This document shows, piece by piece, positions 39,799 through 50,458 of a DNA stretch of 64,000 nucleotides; within the stretch, counting starts at the first letter, position 1, and each line of letters begins with the position of its first letter. The notes below the pieces were generated by a model, which ran no database searches, was not told the DNA's origin, and worked only from the letters and a program-made list of their open reading frames with translations. The position numbers were made by a program, and so were the translations under genes. Source of the stretch: a virus; the IMG/VR virus record IMGVR_UViG_3300042553_000326, positions 11,243 through 75,242 of that record; one strand, written 5' to 3'.

Positions 39799-40700
39799 TT
39801 AATCGCGCTGCATGAAGTCGCCAAGAGACATCGACACACCGGCGTAGTTACTGCCACGACCCCAGGGAGCATATTTATTACGCTCCAGAGACCTCCAGTC
39901 GACACACGAGATGCGAACCTTTCCATGGTACTGCGGAAAGCCCTCTTTGGCATTGGGATGCGGGACACAAGCCAGATTGCGCTTCGTCATCTTAACAACC
40001 ATGTTCGGATTAAACATTTACAGCTCCTTCTGATTTAACGTAACCTCTGATATAGAACTTAAGACGTTCTTCATCTTTCTTAAGCTCCGCTTCTGTAGCT
40101 CTGAAATCAGGATTCAGTATTGCAAACCCTTTATCCCACAGCTCAGGTGTCATACACATTGTTCTGAATATGAAACCCTTATGCACAACAGTGACGCAAC
40201 GAATACTCGCCATTTCTGAGTCTCCTGTTAGCCTTCAATTTGCTGAGTTCATGCGTGTAGACCTCATTCTCAAATATTGCCAAGAGGTCTGCCTTACTAC
40301 TAAGACCATGCTTCACATTCATAATCCAGGTCTTACCATGAACATGCCTGAAGATGTCTTTCTCCCACGTTAGTACGTAGTTACCCTCAGCGGTAATACC
40401 TAGAATACGATACTCGGTTCCGATGCGATGCTTCTTTTGCGTTGTAAATTTCTTGGTATTGATGTCCACGGTAATATCCTCATGCGTTAAACTACGTTAT
40501 TTATTAAACCACACAACATGTGTTGCCCAGGAGGGCGTAGCCCACCAGCAACTACTTTTAGCGTCGTAGAACTCAGAATTGGCAAAGTATCCGACACCGT
40601 CGTCTTCCACAAACTCGCCTTCATCTACTGCTTCGCTGAACTCTTCCACAGTGAAGACATCACAATGCTCTTCAGAGGGAATTACACATGGTTTTTCCAT
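39799..40700 (-). CDS. Four small hypothetical genes (39799-40017, 40010-40213, 40179-40469, 40497-40700)
   Basis: Overlapping or packed minus-strand ORFs. Confidence 0.55.
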
Positions 40701-40713
40701 AATACTCCTTTAG

Positions 40714-40798
40714 TGGTCCGAGGAACGGGAATCGAACCCGTATAGCTATCGCTGGCAGATTTTAAGTCTGCTGTGTCTACCAATTTCACCACCCTCGG
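40714..40798 (-). tRNA. tRNA-Leu(TAA)
   Basis: GCAGA-CTTAAAA-TCTGC anticodon arm, long variable arm, GGTTCGATTCC, encoded CCA. Confidence 0.93.
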
Positions 40799-40805
40799 TA
40801 ATACA

Positions 40806-40952
40806 TTAGCGACAGATAGCTTGATAGTACTTCGTATAACCTTGGACATTGCATACAGCTATGCCACCAGCTAATACGTAGCCTTCTTCAATCCACTGTC
40901 TGACAATAGCTTCAAGCTCTATTACCGAACCAGCTGTAAGCACTCTATACAT
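40806..40952 (-). CDS. Small DUF1737-like protein (not in the track)
   Basis: MYRVLTAGSVIELEAIVRQWIEEGYVLAGGI...YYQAI. Confidence 0.45.
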   Translation of the reverse strand: MYRVLTAGSVIELEAIVRQWIEEGYVLAGGIAVCNVQGYTKYYQAICR

Positions 40953-41762
40953 GATACTGATTCTCCAGCTTACGAAGACGGATACGCCAGGTATTATGAC
41001 GTATCTTTTTATCTTCTAAAAGTTCGCGTATCTCATGCAACTGCTTTTCTAGCTGATTGCAATCTTGTTCAAGCTGCACTACGATAAATTCCATCATATC
41101 ATGCGTATAGGTTTCTAGTGTAGCACCGTTTTCGGCAGACATTATTTCCCTTTCAACTGTAATTAATATTGACATTGTTAGCTATTGCCTGTCTGAACAA
41201 CTCTTTCAAATCGCGAATCCTATCTCGAACATACTCAAAGTTTCTACCACAGTAGACCACATTACCATCTGCTATAGTAGGCTCAATGAAGTTCTGCATG
41301 AGATACCAATTATCAAGCTTCATAAGCATAGTATGAATCTGATCCTGGTTGAACTCACCGCACTCCTCGTGAGGCATGTCAAGTATATCCATCAGATCAA
41401 TAAAGTTCTTATTGGACATATTAACAAAATCCTCAATATCGCAATCAGCACACGACATCGTAACACTCATTTTCATCTTCTCCTCTTGTAAAAGCTTACT
41501 AGAAGACACTCTTTTGGAATGCCCTCTATAAACTCAGTCTTTTGGACTAGGCGTGTTTATCGCAGATATTGTAAGACTTCACATACTTACCCTTACAGGT
41601 GCAGTATAGCAAATCACCTACCTTTTGTTTCACCTTCTGGCTGCAAGTCCCGCAGCTAGCTCCAGCTGCTTTCTTATCGGAGATCTTAACGTTATCCACC
41701 TTATTGAAAAATGGATGAATAACAGCACGTCCGAAATGTGGTACGGTCAACTGTACTTGCAT
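40945..41762 (-). CDS. Three hypothetical genes (40945-41175, 41153-41509, 41547-41762 Cys-rich)
   Basis: Packed ORFs. Confidence 0.5.
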
Positions 41763-41825
41763 GAACCAGCTCCTTTTAGCACGACGATTGAATTACCAGT
41801 GTTGTGCCAGACACTGACAACCTGC

Positions 41826-41860
41826 AAAAATAAACCCCAGGAGTATTCTCCTAGGGCTCA
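41826..41860 (-). terminator. Intrinsic terminator
   Basis: gagccctaggag-aata-ctcctggggttt followed by attttt. Confidence 0.8.
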
Positions 41861-42058
41861 TTTTCTAGATTCTTTAAGATGTAGCATTCAGAGTGCGCAT
41901 TCCGAATGAAACCTTTAGGCCTTCTAGTGACCTGTTAGCGTAGAGACGCTGAATTCATGAACGGCTTCTTTAGAGTCCACACCGAAAACGGACTTAACTG
42001 AGCGACCAGTGGCTAGATCACGAGAAAGGGGAACATGATCCAGCGTCGCTTCAGTTGT
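41861..42058 (-). ncRNA. Candidate structured ncRNA or long structured 3' UTR
   Basis: Series of stems between the stop of 42060..42635 and the terminator. Confidence 0.4.
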
Positions 42059-42059
42059 A

Positions 42060-42635
42060 TTACGCGGCCTTCTTCTCAGCCTCTTCGCGAGCCTTCTTTG
42101 CGGCCTGAAGCTTAGCACGAGCTTCAGCAAGACGATTCAGGGTATCTTGAGTAACTTCACGCTTCTCAATACCAGCTTCGTAGCCAGTCTTGATAGCCTC
42201 ACCGTTAGTCATAACCCACTTGGCGACATCAGCGTTGCCATCAGCAAGCGCCGTCAGAGCAGCTTGAGCAGCAGCCAGAGCTTCGTCGTCCTTCAGACGC
42301 TTAACAGCAGGCCACTTGAAGCACTCAACCAGCTGATTAGCCTGCTCGATCACGAAAGCAGCCTTCTTATCTTCCTTCATCGTCTCAACAACGTGATCCA
42401 TAGCCTTTTGCAGCTTGTTACGCTCCGTCTTCAGAACACGTCGCGACTTACCAGCGTCCAGCGCGGCAAGAATTTCATCTTCCTTCTCAACCAACCAGTT
42501 TACCAGTTCCTCGTTAGCGCCCTTGATAGCTTTGAACGCCTCCTTAATCTTCGGGAGACGAATGAAGTCTTGAGCTTCTTGCTTAGTTGCAAAGAACTTA
42601 CCATCAACGATGAAACCAGACTGAATATTGCTCAT
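42060..42635 (-). CDS. Highly expressed hypothetical protein (A/K/E-rich, helical)
   Basis: Codon bias resembles the capsid gene; strong RBS. Confidence 0.7.
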   Translation of the reverse strand: MSNIQSGFIVDGKFFATKQEAQDFIRLPKIKEAFKAIKGANEELVNWLVEKEDEILAALDAGKSRRVLKTERNKLQKAMDHVVETMKEDKKAAFVIEQANQLVECFKWPAVKRLKDDEALAAAQAALTALADGNADVAKWVMTNGEAIKTGYEAGIEKREVTQDTLNRLAEARAKLQAAKKAREEAEKKAA

Positions 42636-42754
42636 TTAATTTATTTCCTTTTTAATAATGAAAATACGAAGTCTCTATTCTGAGCTTCATATAAGATACC
42701 CTTAAATCCGCAAGGGCCACGGTCTACAAAACCTACACATATAGCATTGTTCAT

Positions 42755-42935
42755 TAATTCAACAGTTTCGACCGGCAAGACGCACCGACCGGACTGCCAT
42801 GCTACTAAACGCAAAAGTCGCCCCAAAATGCCACGCGGCATACCCAGGTTGGCACGCTACGCCACGTACGCAACGACGCCATAATGCCCCTATGGGGCGC
42901 GGTTCCGGCGGCAAGACGGAGCACTTTTGCAAGAC
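42755..42935. repeat. Partial promoter-like motif plus GC-rich island (divergent copy 3)
   Basis: taattcaacagtttcg followed by a GC-rich tract containing caggttgg, gcacgctacg and cgcaacg.cgc, also found in copy 1. Confidence 0.5.
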
Positions 42936-42952
42936 TTCAATTACTGCTCTAC

Positions 42953-43171
42953 TTAGCTTGCTTCGATGCTAGTAACCTTACACAACGCCTTAAGTACAGC
43001 CACTTCACGATTTAACGTAATTAGTGCACGACTATGGCGTTCCTCTGCGATAGAAAGCCTTTCACTTGCCTTCTTAAATGCAGATTGCGACAATTTCATT
43101 TCCTTTGTTGCAGCTTCAAGTTCAGCCTGTAGCGTCGACAGCGGCATGCTCTTCTCACTTTTTGCTTTCAT
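42953..43171 (-). CDS. Hypothetical coiled-coil protein
   Basis: ORF with RBS. Confidence 0.55.
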   Translation of the reverse strand: MKAKSEKSMPLSTLQAELEAATKEMKLSQSAFKKASERLSIAEERHSRALITLNREVAVLKALCKVTSIEAS

Positions 43172-43330
43172 TCAGTGCCTCTCTGGGTAGTATCGTAAAC
43201 ACCCTTGTATTTAAATTCACGGCAAAGATATCGCCGCGTGTTATTACATCATGAATGGTAGTGCTTCTAAAGAGAGTCTTGGAAGGCACTATGTGCATCC
43301 ATATGTCCCCATTATATGTGAAGATTTTAC

Positions 43331-44293
43331 TCATGACTTATACTTCAAAGATGTACCCTGCTTCAGGTACAAATTTATATTACCAGTGGGGATCCTACAA
43401 CCTGCTGCATGCTTATGCCCACCACCGCCAAACGATTGCGCTATTGCTGCTACATCAATATCTGAACCTGGAAGGCTTCTCATCGAGCAATTAGATTGCT
43501 CTGTCTCAGCCGCATACCAAACTAAAACCATCTCATCCTTATACTTAGTGTAAAGACGATCACCTATTTCCGATTGATAGATTGGTGAGTTGACTAGAAT
43601 AGCAGGTACACCTAGAACACTTGTTGATACAGCATTCCTACACATGCGTTCTACAGCCACATCGATTTGCTTTATTAATGCAAATCCTGTTTGAATACCA
43701 TCATACAGCATTTCATCATCTGAAACAATACGATCCCACTGCTCGAAGGACCAAGGTGTCTCTGCATTTAGAAATGCGTGAAGCGCTCTTGATTCAGGAT
43801 ACTGAAACACCCAGCGATCTCGATCATCAATACGATCTACAATGAAGTTATTGTTGAAGGTATTAGTACTTAGTGCAAAGTAATCCATTGCCAGTTTCGC
43901 ACCAGACTTTTTGTTGTCAAGCTTAATGAACAAACGACGTCCATTCTGTGTAATATAATCCCACATGAATGAACTAGGGTTATCTCCAAAGCCACTAAGC
44001 TGTGCCTCTTTGCTGAAGTACTCGAAAGCTGTTTGGTGATGATCCAGAAGCACTGTTTGCAACGCAACTTCTGCTAGCTTGTAGATGTACTCTGCCGGCA
44101 TACTCCAATCAAGAATGAATACCTTCTTGTCCTTGCATCTAGCAATAGTTTCTTCAAAATATTTTACATCGGTAGCCTTTACATAGTCCCTACCAATGTA
44201 ATCAGCGTTAGCACCAAATACACGCCATACTTGATAGGCTGCTGCAAAGCCATCTGTACAGTGCTGGTGATACAATACAACTGTATTAGCCAT
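43331..44293 (-). CDS. DHH/DHHA1 phosphoesterase
   Basis: YH..C.DG, ILD, LDHH, DRD.W and GGGGHKHAAG motifs. Confidence 0.9.
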   Translation of the reverse strand: MANTVVLYHQHCTDGFAAAYQVWRVFGANADYIGRDYVKATDVKYFEETIARCKDKKVFILDWSMPAEYIYKLAEVALQTVLLDHHQTAFEYFSKEAQLSGFGDNPSSFMWDYITQNGRRLFIKLDNKKSGAKLAMDYFALSTNTFNNNFIVDRIDDRDRWVFQYPESRALHAFLNAETPWSFEQWDRIVSDDEMLYDGIQTGFALIKQIDVAVERMCRNAVSTSVLGVPAILVNSPIYQSEIGDRLYTKYKDEMVLVWYAAETEQSNCSMRSLPGSDIDVAAIAQSFGGGGHKHAAGCRIPTGNINLYLKQGTSLKYKS

Positions 44294-45151
44294 CTAATTC
44301 CTCTATAAGTTTATTGATTCTATCAATACTACCTGCATTATGCAGGCAGTGATAACTAGAAGCCACGTCTAATCCACACCATTCGTTTATCGCTGATCTT
44401 AGATCGGTGTGATGTATCTTTGAGCTCTTTAGAGTAACAGCATCGTTAAACCTCTTAGAGCCCCAATGCCAATAATCATCTACCCATTTACAGAAGTAGT
44501 AACGATAGCCACCATCATTAAATTTGAATCTGACCAAATAAACACCTTCATGGCTTGGCTTTACATTTACATCGAACCACTCAGATAGTACTAACTTGTT
44601 CTGTCTCACTGGCACGTTTAGCCTCCATATACTTGATCATAATATTCTCGCTACCGTACGAGTGACTTGGAGCTTCGTTATAAAGATATGCTACATATAC
44701 AGGCACTATCCAGAGATTCGTGGAATCCGCTGCATGAATAGCTTCTTTCAGATTGTTAGAAAGGATACAATAAAGAAACTGTCCTGGTTGTATTCCATAT
44801 GCAATGTACTTAGCGAGACCTTCATGCATATAACTAGGAATCTGCTTACCCATAAATCTGAATAGATTTAATGAGGATAGCACTTCCTTAAACAATTCAT
44901 CATTTTCTTTCGCCATACTTCAGCTCCAGTTCCTTATTAAGTTCAACTGCGATATCGTACCATAGCTTTGGTGACACGAGAGATTTTGTATCGTCGATCT
45001 CTGGTGGTGGATTTGACAGTACATGATCACAATAGAAGCCCAAAGCCTCTACAATAAATGCCTGCTTCAGCGCACCAAATCTAGAGTACTCCATCGCCTC
45101 TACAACAAACTCGACATTTGTCTTTTGCTTTATCGGCTTCAAAGGTCTCAT
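44286..45151 (-). CDS. Three hypothetical genes (44286-44615, 44581-44916, 44900-45151)
   Basis: Overlapping ORFs. Confidence 0.55.
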
Positions 45152-46164
45152 TAATCAAAGATCCTATCAATAACTTCAGCAACGTACGAACTATTGATCT
45201 TATCAGCATCAACATTCTGCAGTGCTTGTACTAACTGTTGCATATAGGCAGCATCTACACCTGTAAGCTGCTCCTGAAGAATATTCCAGTCCTTCAGATT
45301 CAACTCAGAAATCTGCCACATGATCTTCAGCAACTGACCTGCAGTAATGCTCCAGCCACGTTCAATAAATTTCTTACTACGAAAGATCGATGCAATGGGA
45401 TACAGACTGCCATTGTACTCCAGAGTCTTTGACAGCATCAGCTCTAGAGCCTTTGGAGGCAGTACAAGTTCTTGCGGAGTATGCTCATACCAGCATGTAG
45501 CATGAATGAAGTCGAAGTTTCGATGGATATGAAGAGGATCCCCAAAGAATCGAATAATCAACTGCACCTTATCAGATAATGTGATAGCATTCTGCGTCAT
45601 AAGAATAGGACGATACTTTGGCTTTGTCTTATCCTTCTTATCCTTCACAAGTGAATCAGCGAATTCTGCTGCAGCATCAGGACGAAGACTCTCAAAATAC
45701 TTGTATGTGTCTTGTTCTTCAGCTGCAACGCCTGCTGACTTGATGTAGATCATTACACGAGGCTCATCTTCACCTTTGCAGTTTACTACATTAGTGCGTC
45801 GAATCTCAGGTACAGCCGTCTTCTCAGTACCTACTGCTGAGGTTGGTTTACAGGTGAGATTGAACTTGTCCACATAGTACCTAGCGATTGCCTCGGTAGT
45901 ATCTATCGTTTTAAAATAAATATCGTAATCATTCACCTTAGTACCCATCAGCATCGATGAGATACAGCCACCAGTCACCACTACATCTCTTGCTGCACGC
46001 TCTCTGATATTATCATCCTCAATAGATGACAACCAATCCGTGACCTTTCGATTGATTACACGTCGTACAGAGCTCTTCTTGAGTCCCTTAGTCGTCTCCA
46101 TCGTCGTCTCCATCTTCATCGCTTTCTTCATCCTCGTGTGTCGGATCTTTCCAAGTTGTATCAA
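45151..46164 (-). CDS. Pol-beta-superfamily nucleotidyltransferase-like protein
   Basis: VVTGGCI...NDYDIYF (GG plus DxD), VQLI, NFDF and R..KF..RGW motifs. Confidence 0.65.
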   Translation of the reverse strand: MIQLGKIRHTRMKKAMKMETTMETTKGLKKSSVRRVINRKVTDWLSSIEDDNIRERAARDVVVTGGCISSMLMGTKVNDYDIYFKTIDTTEAIARYYVDKFNLTCKPTSAVGTEKTAVPEIRRTNVVNCKGEDEPRVMIYIKSAGVAAEEQDTYKYFESLRPDAAAEFADSLVKDKKDKTKPKYRPILMTQNAITLSDKVQLIIRFFGDPLHIHRNFDFIHATCWYEHTPQELVLPPKALELMLSKTLEYNGSLYPIASIFRSKKFIERGWSITAGQLLKIMWQISELNLKDWNILQEQLTGVDAAYMQQLVQALQNVDADKINSSYVAEVIDRIFD

Positions 46165-46752
46165 CGCCTTCCATCGACTTTACAATAGAGGCTCTAAGAG
46201 CAGCGTTATCGACTGCAGCGAAGTCCTCAATGACTTCCCATGCCATCAAATACCAACGATACTCATCATTCTTTTGAGCAATGTAATACTTAAAACTCCT
46301 TGAACGCTCTCCCTTGATCAGCTGGAAGTTACCACTATTTATCTTACCGTAGCGAACACTTCTAATATATACGAAATGTCGTTTGAGGATCTCGTCGTAA
46401 TGCTCTGCGCTTACAGCTAATACGATATTAGCATGTCCGGGCTGACCTCTGCCACGAACCAGATCTCCTACCTCAGGTATTCTCTTTCTAGGTCTTACTG
46501 CTGCGAATATATGTCGTGTCATTTCAATAACTCTCCATTCGTATCTCGCAATACACCGCGCCATTCAAACGATTTGAATATTGATTTACGCCCACAAGTA
46601 GCAGCATTATCTACGAATAGACTGCCAGCCATCCAGTCTTTGCCATCCCAGAGAGAATATACTATTTCCACCTGTAAACCACTTATAACACGCTGATACA
46701 CACCAACATGCGTCGGTTTAATCTCAGATGGGTACCATTCAGAGTATCTCAT
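46088..46752 (-). CDS. Two hypothetical genes (46088-46564, 46519-46752)
   Basis: Packed ORFs; the second shares the SEW...KP.H.GVY...W.G pattern with 44286-44615. Confidence 0.5.
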
Positions 46753-47681
46753 AAATCTCCTAAATCAATATCACTACGAAAGCCTACTGCACGTGGAAAA
46801 CGTGGTAGTTCTTTTATACCATAACTCATATAACGGAACTTGAGAGTCTTATATCTGAATTGCTCTCTTTTATCCCAGATCACCTGTCTTTCAGCATGAG
46901 TAAAACTGCCAGGTGCTACTCTAATTTCTGTACCATTATAGTCACATACAAACATGCCTAGTGTGCCAGCTGGTATCATGTTCTCTTGATTCGTACTGCG
47001 TTTTGCATTGCCAAGGTTATCTCTGACGTCAACATTTGTATTGGTCAATTGTTCCTCGAAAGCTGTAATGATAGCTTCGTCGTCATCAAAGCGTTTCAAC
47101 TTCAGTAGTATACCTTCATTAAATGTCGACCTATTATGCTTGTATCTACCAATAGGGTCGCGCATCATGATGCCCTCATAACCTAATGCCAACTGTGATG
47201 CTTCGTAATCCATCAGCTGTTCATACGACTCGATGTACTCATGATCGACAATATGCAATGTACCTGACATGTCATCGAGTTCGAATACCTTAATAGCCAT
47301 GTCAGCCTTTTCTAGACGTACATAGAACTCTAGGTTACATAGCTTCTCATCTGCATAATCAAACACGTAGAATCTGAAATCATCATGAAACTTATCATCA
47401 GACATTACGTGACTCTGTGTGCGATTATACACATCAGAGTCTGTAGGATTACCTACGATAATCTCGCCATCTAAGTGTTCGCAATTACCAAATGCTGCTT
47501 GAACATATACACTTGGCAGGTCGATTAATTTTCTGCTAACGCATTTACCACCACGTACAATACATCTAATGCCATCGAATTTAGGCGAACACAATAGAGG
47601 GTATCTGAGCTTTTTGAAGAAGTCAGAGTCCTTTAATGGATCGCTGTTTGGTGCAAGCAAAGGTTTAAACGTCATAGTCAC
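46749..47681 (-). CDS. ATP-dependent DNA ligase
   Basis: SPKFDGIR, LDGEI, FYVFD, YEGIM, LLKLK and PRFP motifs. Confidence 0.93.
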   Translation of the reverse strand: MTMTFKPLLAPNSDPLKDSDFFKKLRYPLLCSPKFDGIRCIVRGGKCVSRKLIDLPSVYVQAAFGNCEHLDGEIIVGNPTDSDVYNRTQSHVMSDDKFHDDFRFYVFDYADEKLCNLEFYVRLEKADMAIKVFELDDMSGTLHIVDHEYIESYEQLMDYEASQLALGYEGIMMRDPIGRYKHNRSTFNEGILLKLKRFDDDEAIITAFEEQLTNTNVDVRDNLGNAKRSTNQENMIPAGTLGMFVCDYNGTEIRVAPGSFTHAERQVIWDKREQFRYKTLKFRYMSYGIKELPRFPRAVGFRSDIDLGDL

Positions 47682-50407
47682 GATTCCAGAGCCAATGCTG
47701 CCACACTTGTTCAGCTACGTACTCTTTATTCTCTGTGTTAAGCAATTTTGTGGCTTCTTCTTTCGCCCACGGACGCCACTCTCTCACAACTTCATTAACT
47801 TGTGATTCGATATCATACTGTGGATACAACATGTCATAGCCCTTAATGAGCATAAAAGGACCTTTAATATGTCGTATTCTACGAATAATATCCAGGTCTG
47901 CGCAACTTGCTTGAAACCCTGTAACACCCTCTTTGTAAGCTACATAGTTAAACGTAGCTACAGCTGCCATACTCATGGCGTACACTGCTGTACCATAATC
48001 ATGCTCTTTGGCGACGAGAGCATTTATATATTCTACAAGTTCCTCCATTGAGTATATCCCAGGGACTTCTGTATCGCGCATTTCTTGTTCTGTCGCAGTA
48101 TTAATATCCATTAAGTCCTCCAATTGAAGCTCTAAAGGGATGCGGTATAGGGTCTATGTAGAGCTCTACAGGTTCATACCAACCTTTTCCCTTCTTTGGT
48201 TGCTTGATACGACGTAGCTTCGAGAACTCAAAGGAACCTACATTGAGGTTACCAATATTGATTACTTCGAATGGCTCTAACAACACTACCATGTAAATAC
48301 GATAACCCATGGATCGACTCCTGGCGAAACCGCCCTGTTTGAAGTCTGCAACCTTATGAGCTCTTAGACGTTTTCCCTCCCAACTATGGCAGAGTCCCCT
48401 GACCTTGGTCATCCTTCGCAGGTCCATCAGTCTTTTCCTTTAAATGATCGTTAGCATGTTCCCAGAAATGTTCAGTTGCATGTACAGACAGCTTCACATT
48501 ATCCGTCCAGAGAGTTTCAGGTATGTAATACACAGGACCACCTGCATTGTTCCAGCATAGCAGAAACATGATGAACTTAGGATCACCCTGGATATGACAA
48601 CATGCGTCGCCTTCAAGCGGCATATCTGCCATGTTCGGCCAACGTTCATCATCATTAGCAGCTGCGAATTCCAAATCACAGCCTTCTATCTCCTTCAGAT
48701 CCTCCAATGTTTCACAGATGTAGACCGACCCTCCGAGATATTGATCATAGTTATCATCGATCGTAGAACCTTTCTGGATCATCTCATCGATATATTCTAA
48801 TGTCACATCGCTAGAATCCGGTGTCTTATCATTCACACCAGGTAGAGCAACTGTTGCCTGCTCCTGTAGTAGGTTGAATGACAGTGTACCTGCTTGGTAC
48901 ATATCATACGCCTGCTTGAAGTTCTTTATCTCTATCATTCATAATCCTTCGAATTAGTATCGCGAATTGAGATTAGTTACTGTCTTCTTAATATCCAACT
49001 CATCAAAGTCTTGCTTGTAAATCTCTGATGTAACATTAACTACATTGCCACTTGGTGGTGCATAACCGTGAGTGTCACCTCCAGGTTCATCCGGACAATC
49101 ACGCAGTCTTGACCACACTCGTTTGGTGTCAGCCTCCTGGGAGTGCTCTTGGATTATTACAGTATATTTAGCCATTAGTCACACTCCAATGCGAATACGT
49201 ATTCTGTCCTTGCCTCGACATATTGTTCACCAACTACTACCTTTCTGCATGTAGGCGAGTCTGCAACTACGTAGGCATATACGCAGACAATTATGTTCCC
49301 TGGAAAGTCAAATCGATAATCCCGGTTTAGATTATTAGGGTAATCTGAAGATCTGCATCCTTCGGGATCAAATGACAGTACTGTATCAAGTACTGTAACC
49401 AATCTATCGTCCTTAAAGCCTGTCAGATTGGTCAATGTAACACCCATAGTGCAGCTCGTTAGGCTATGTGATGGAGTCCAGATGTTCGGAATGCCTGCGT
49501 TAGTCAACTTTACAAACAGTTCTTGGGCAGCAGCTATTCTACTCTGAAGTTCATCTAGCTGTTTTGCGTAGTCTGGGAAATCTTTCTTAAACTGTCTTTT
49601 TGTCAATTTCATATTTGAATGTAACCCTTCCAGAATTGAATGTAAAACCCTTGTAGTTCAGCTTGTTCGTGGTCTCGTATATCTTATACAGCAGTTCACG
49701 ACTGGCATCCCTACTTGGGAAATGATCTACAGCTTCTATCCACTCACCTTCATTAAGTAATGCCATCGATATGTATCTGTGAACTAATGCCGTAGATCGA
49801 CCTGTACGCCTGAAACCATCATCTATGATAGATAGTTCTGATTCAGGTATTCTTACAGTCTTAAAACCTTTCATCAGTACCGCCATAATCTTCATCAGTA
49901 CCCCAGCCTGCAGAACGAAGGACATCTGCATCGGCCTCAGCATCTGAATTAAACGGATCAATTTCATCTGTCTCAGGCTCACCTAGCCTCAACTCAGGGA
50001 AAGCCTCGCGTAGCGTATCCAATGATTGCGATAGATCTTTCACATGATCAGGGATATGTGCATTACCCCAGATGGTGTACATCAATTCGAATATATCGAT
50101 TATTACCTGTCCCTGATACTCTGACAAACCATGTGTAACCGTTTCATCATACTTTACAGGCGCAACAACATCAGGGTGTGTGTAAATATTACTCATCTAG
50201 ATTCCTTATATCTTGCTCGACCACAGATAGATTCTCGATTATATTTGGTAGGATCGCTGATATATACTCAACACCTTCTAAATCAGCTGTGGTTCTGGTA
50301 ACGACAGTAGGTATATCATCAAGTATCTTACCATACACTTGTCCTAATGCCGCGATGATTGGTAATGTACAAAGCAATCGTTGTTCCAATTCTACAACAG
50401 AGGCCAT
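47665..50407 (-). CDS. Cluster of hypothetical genes (47665-48123, 48101-48427, 48384-48938, 48954-49175, 49175-49612, 49587-49982, 49861-50196, 50189-50407)
   Basis: Packed or overlapping minus-strand ORFs with no confident family. Confidence 0.55.
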
Positions 50408-50418
50408 CTATTCTCCTT

Positions 50419-50451
50419 AAATTTTAAAGGGCAGCCCGAAGGCCACCCTTG
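50419..50451 (-). terminator. Probable terminator after the RNR gene
   Basis: aagggtggcc-ttcg-ggctgccctt hairpin followed by taaaattt. Confidence 0.6.
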
Positions 50452-50458
50452 TGTTACT

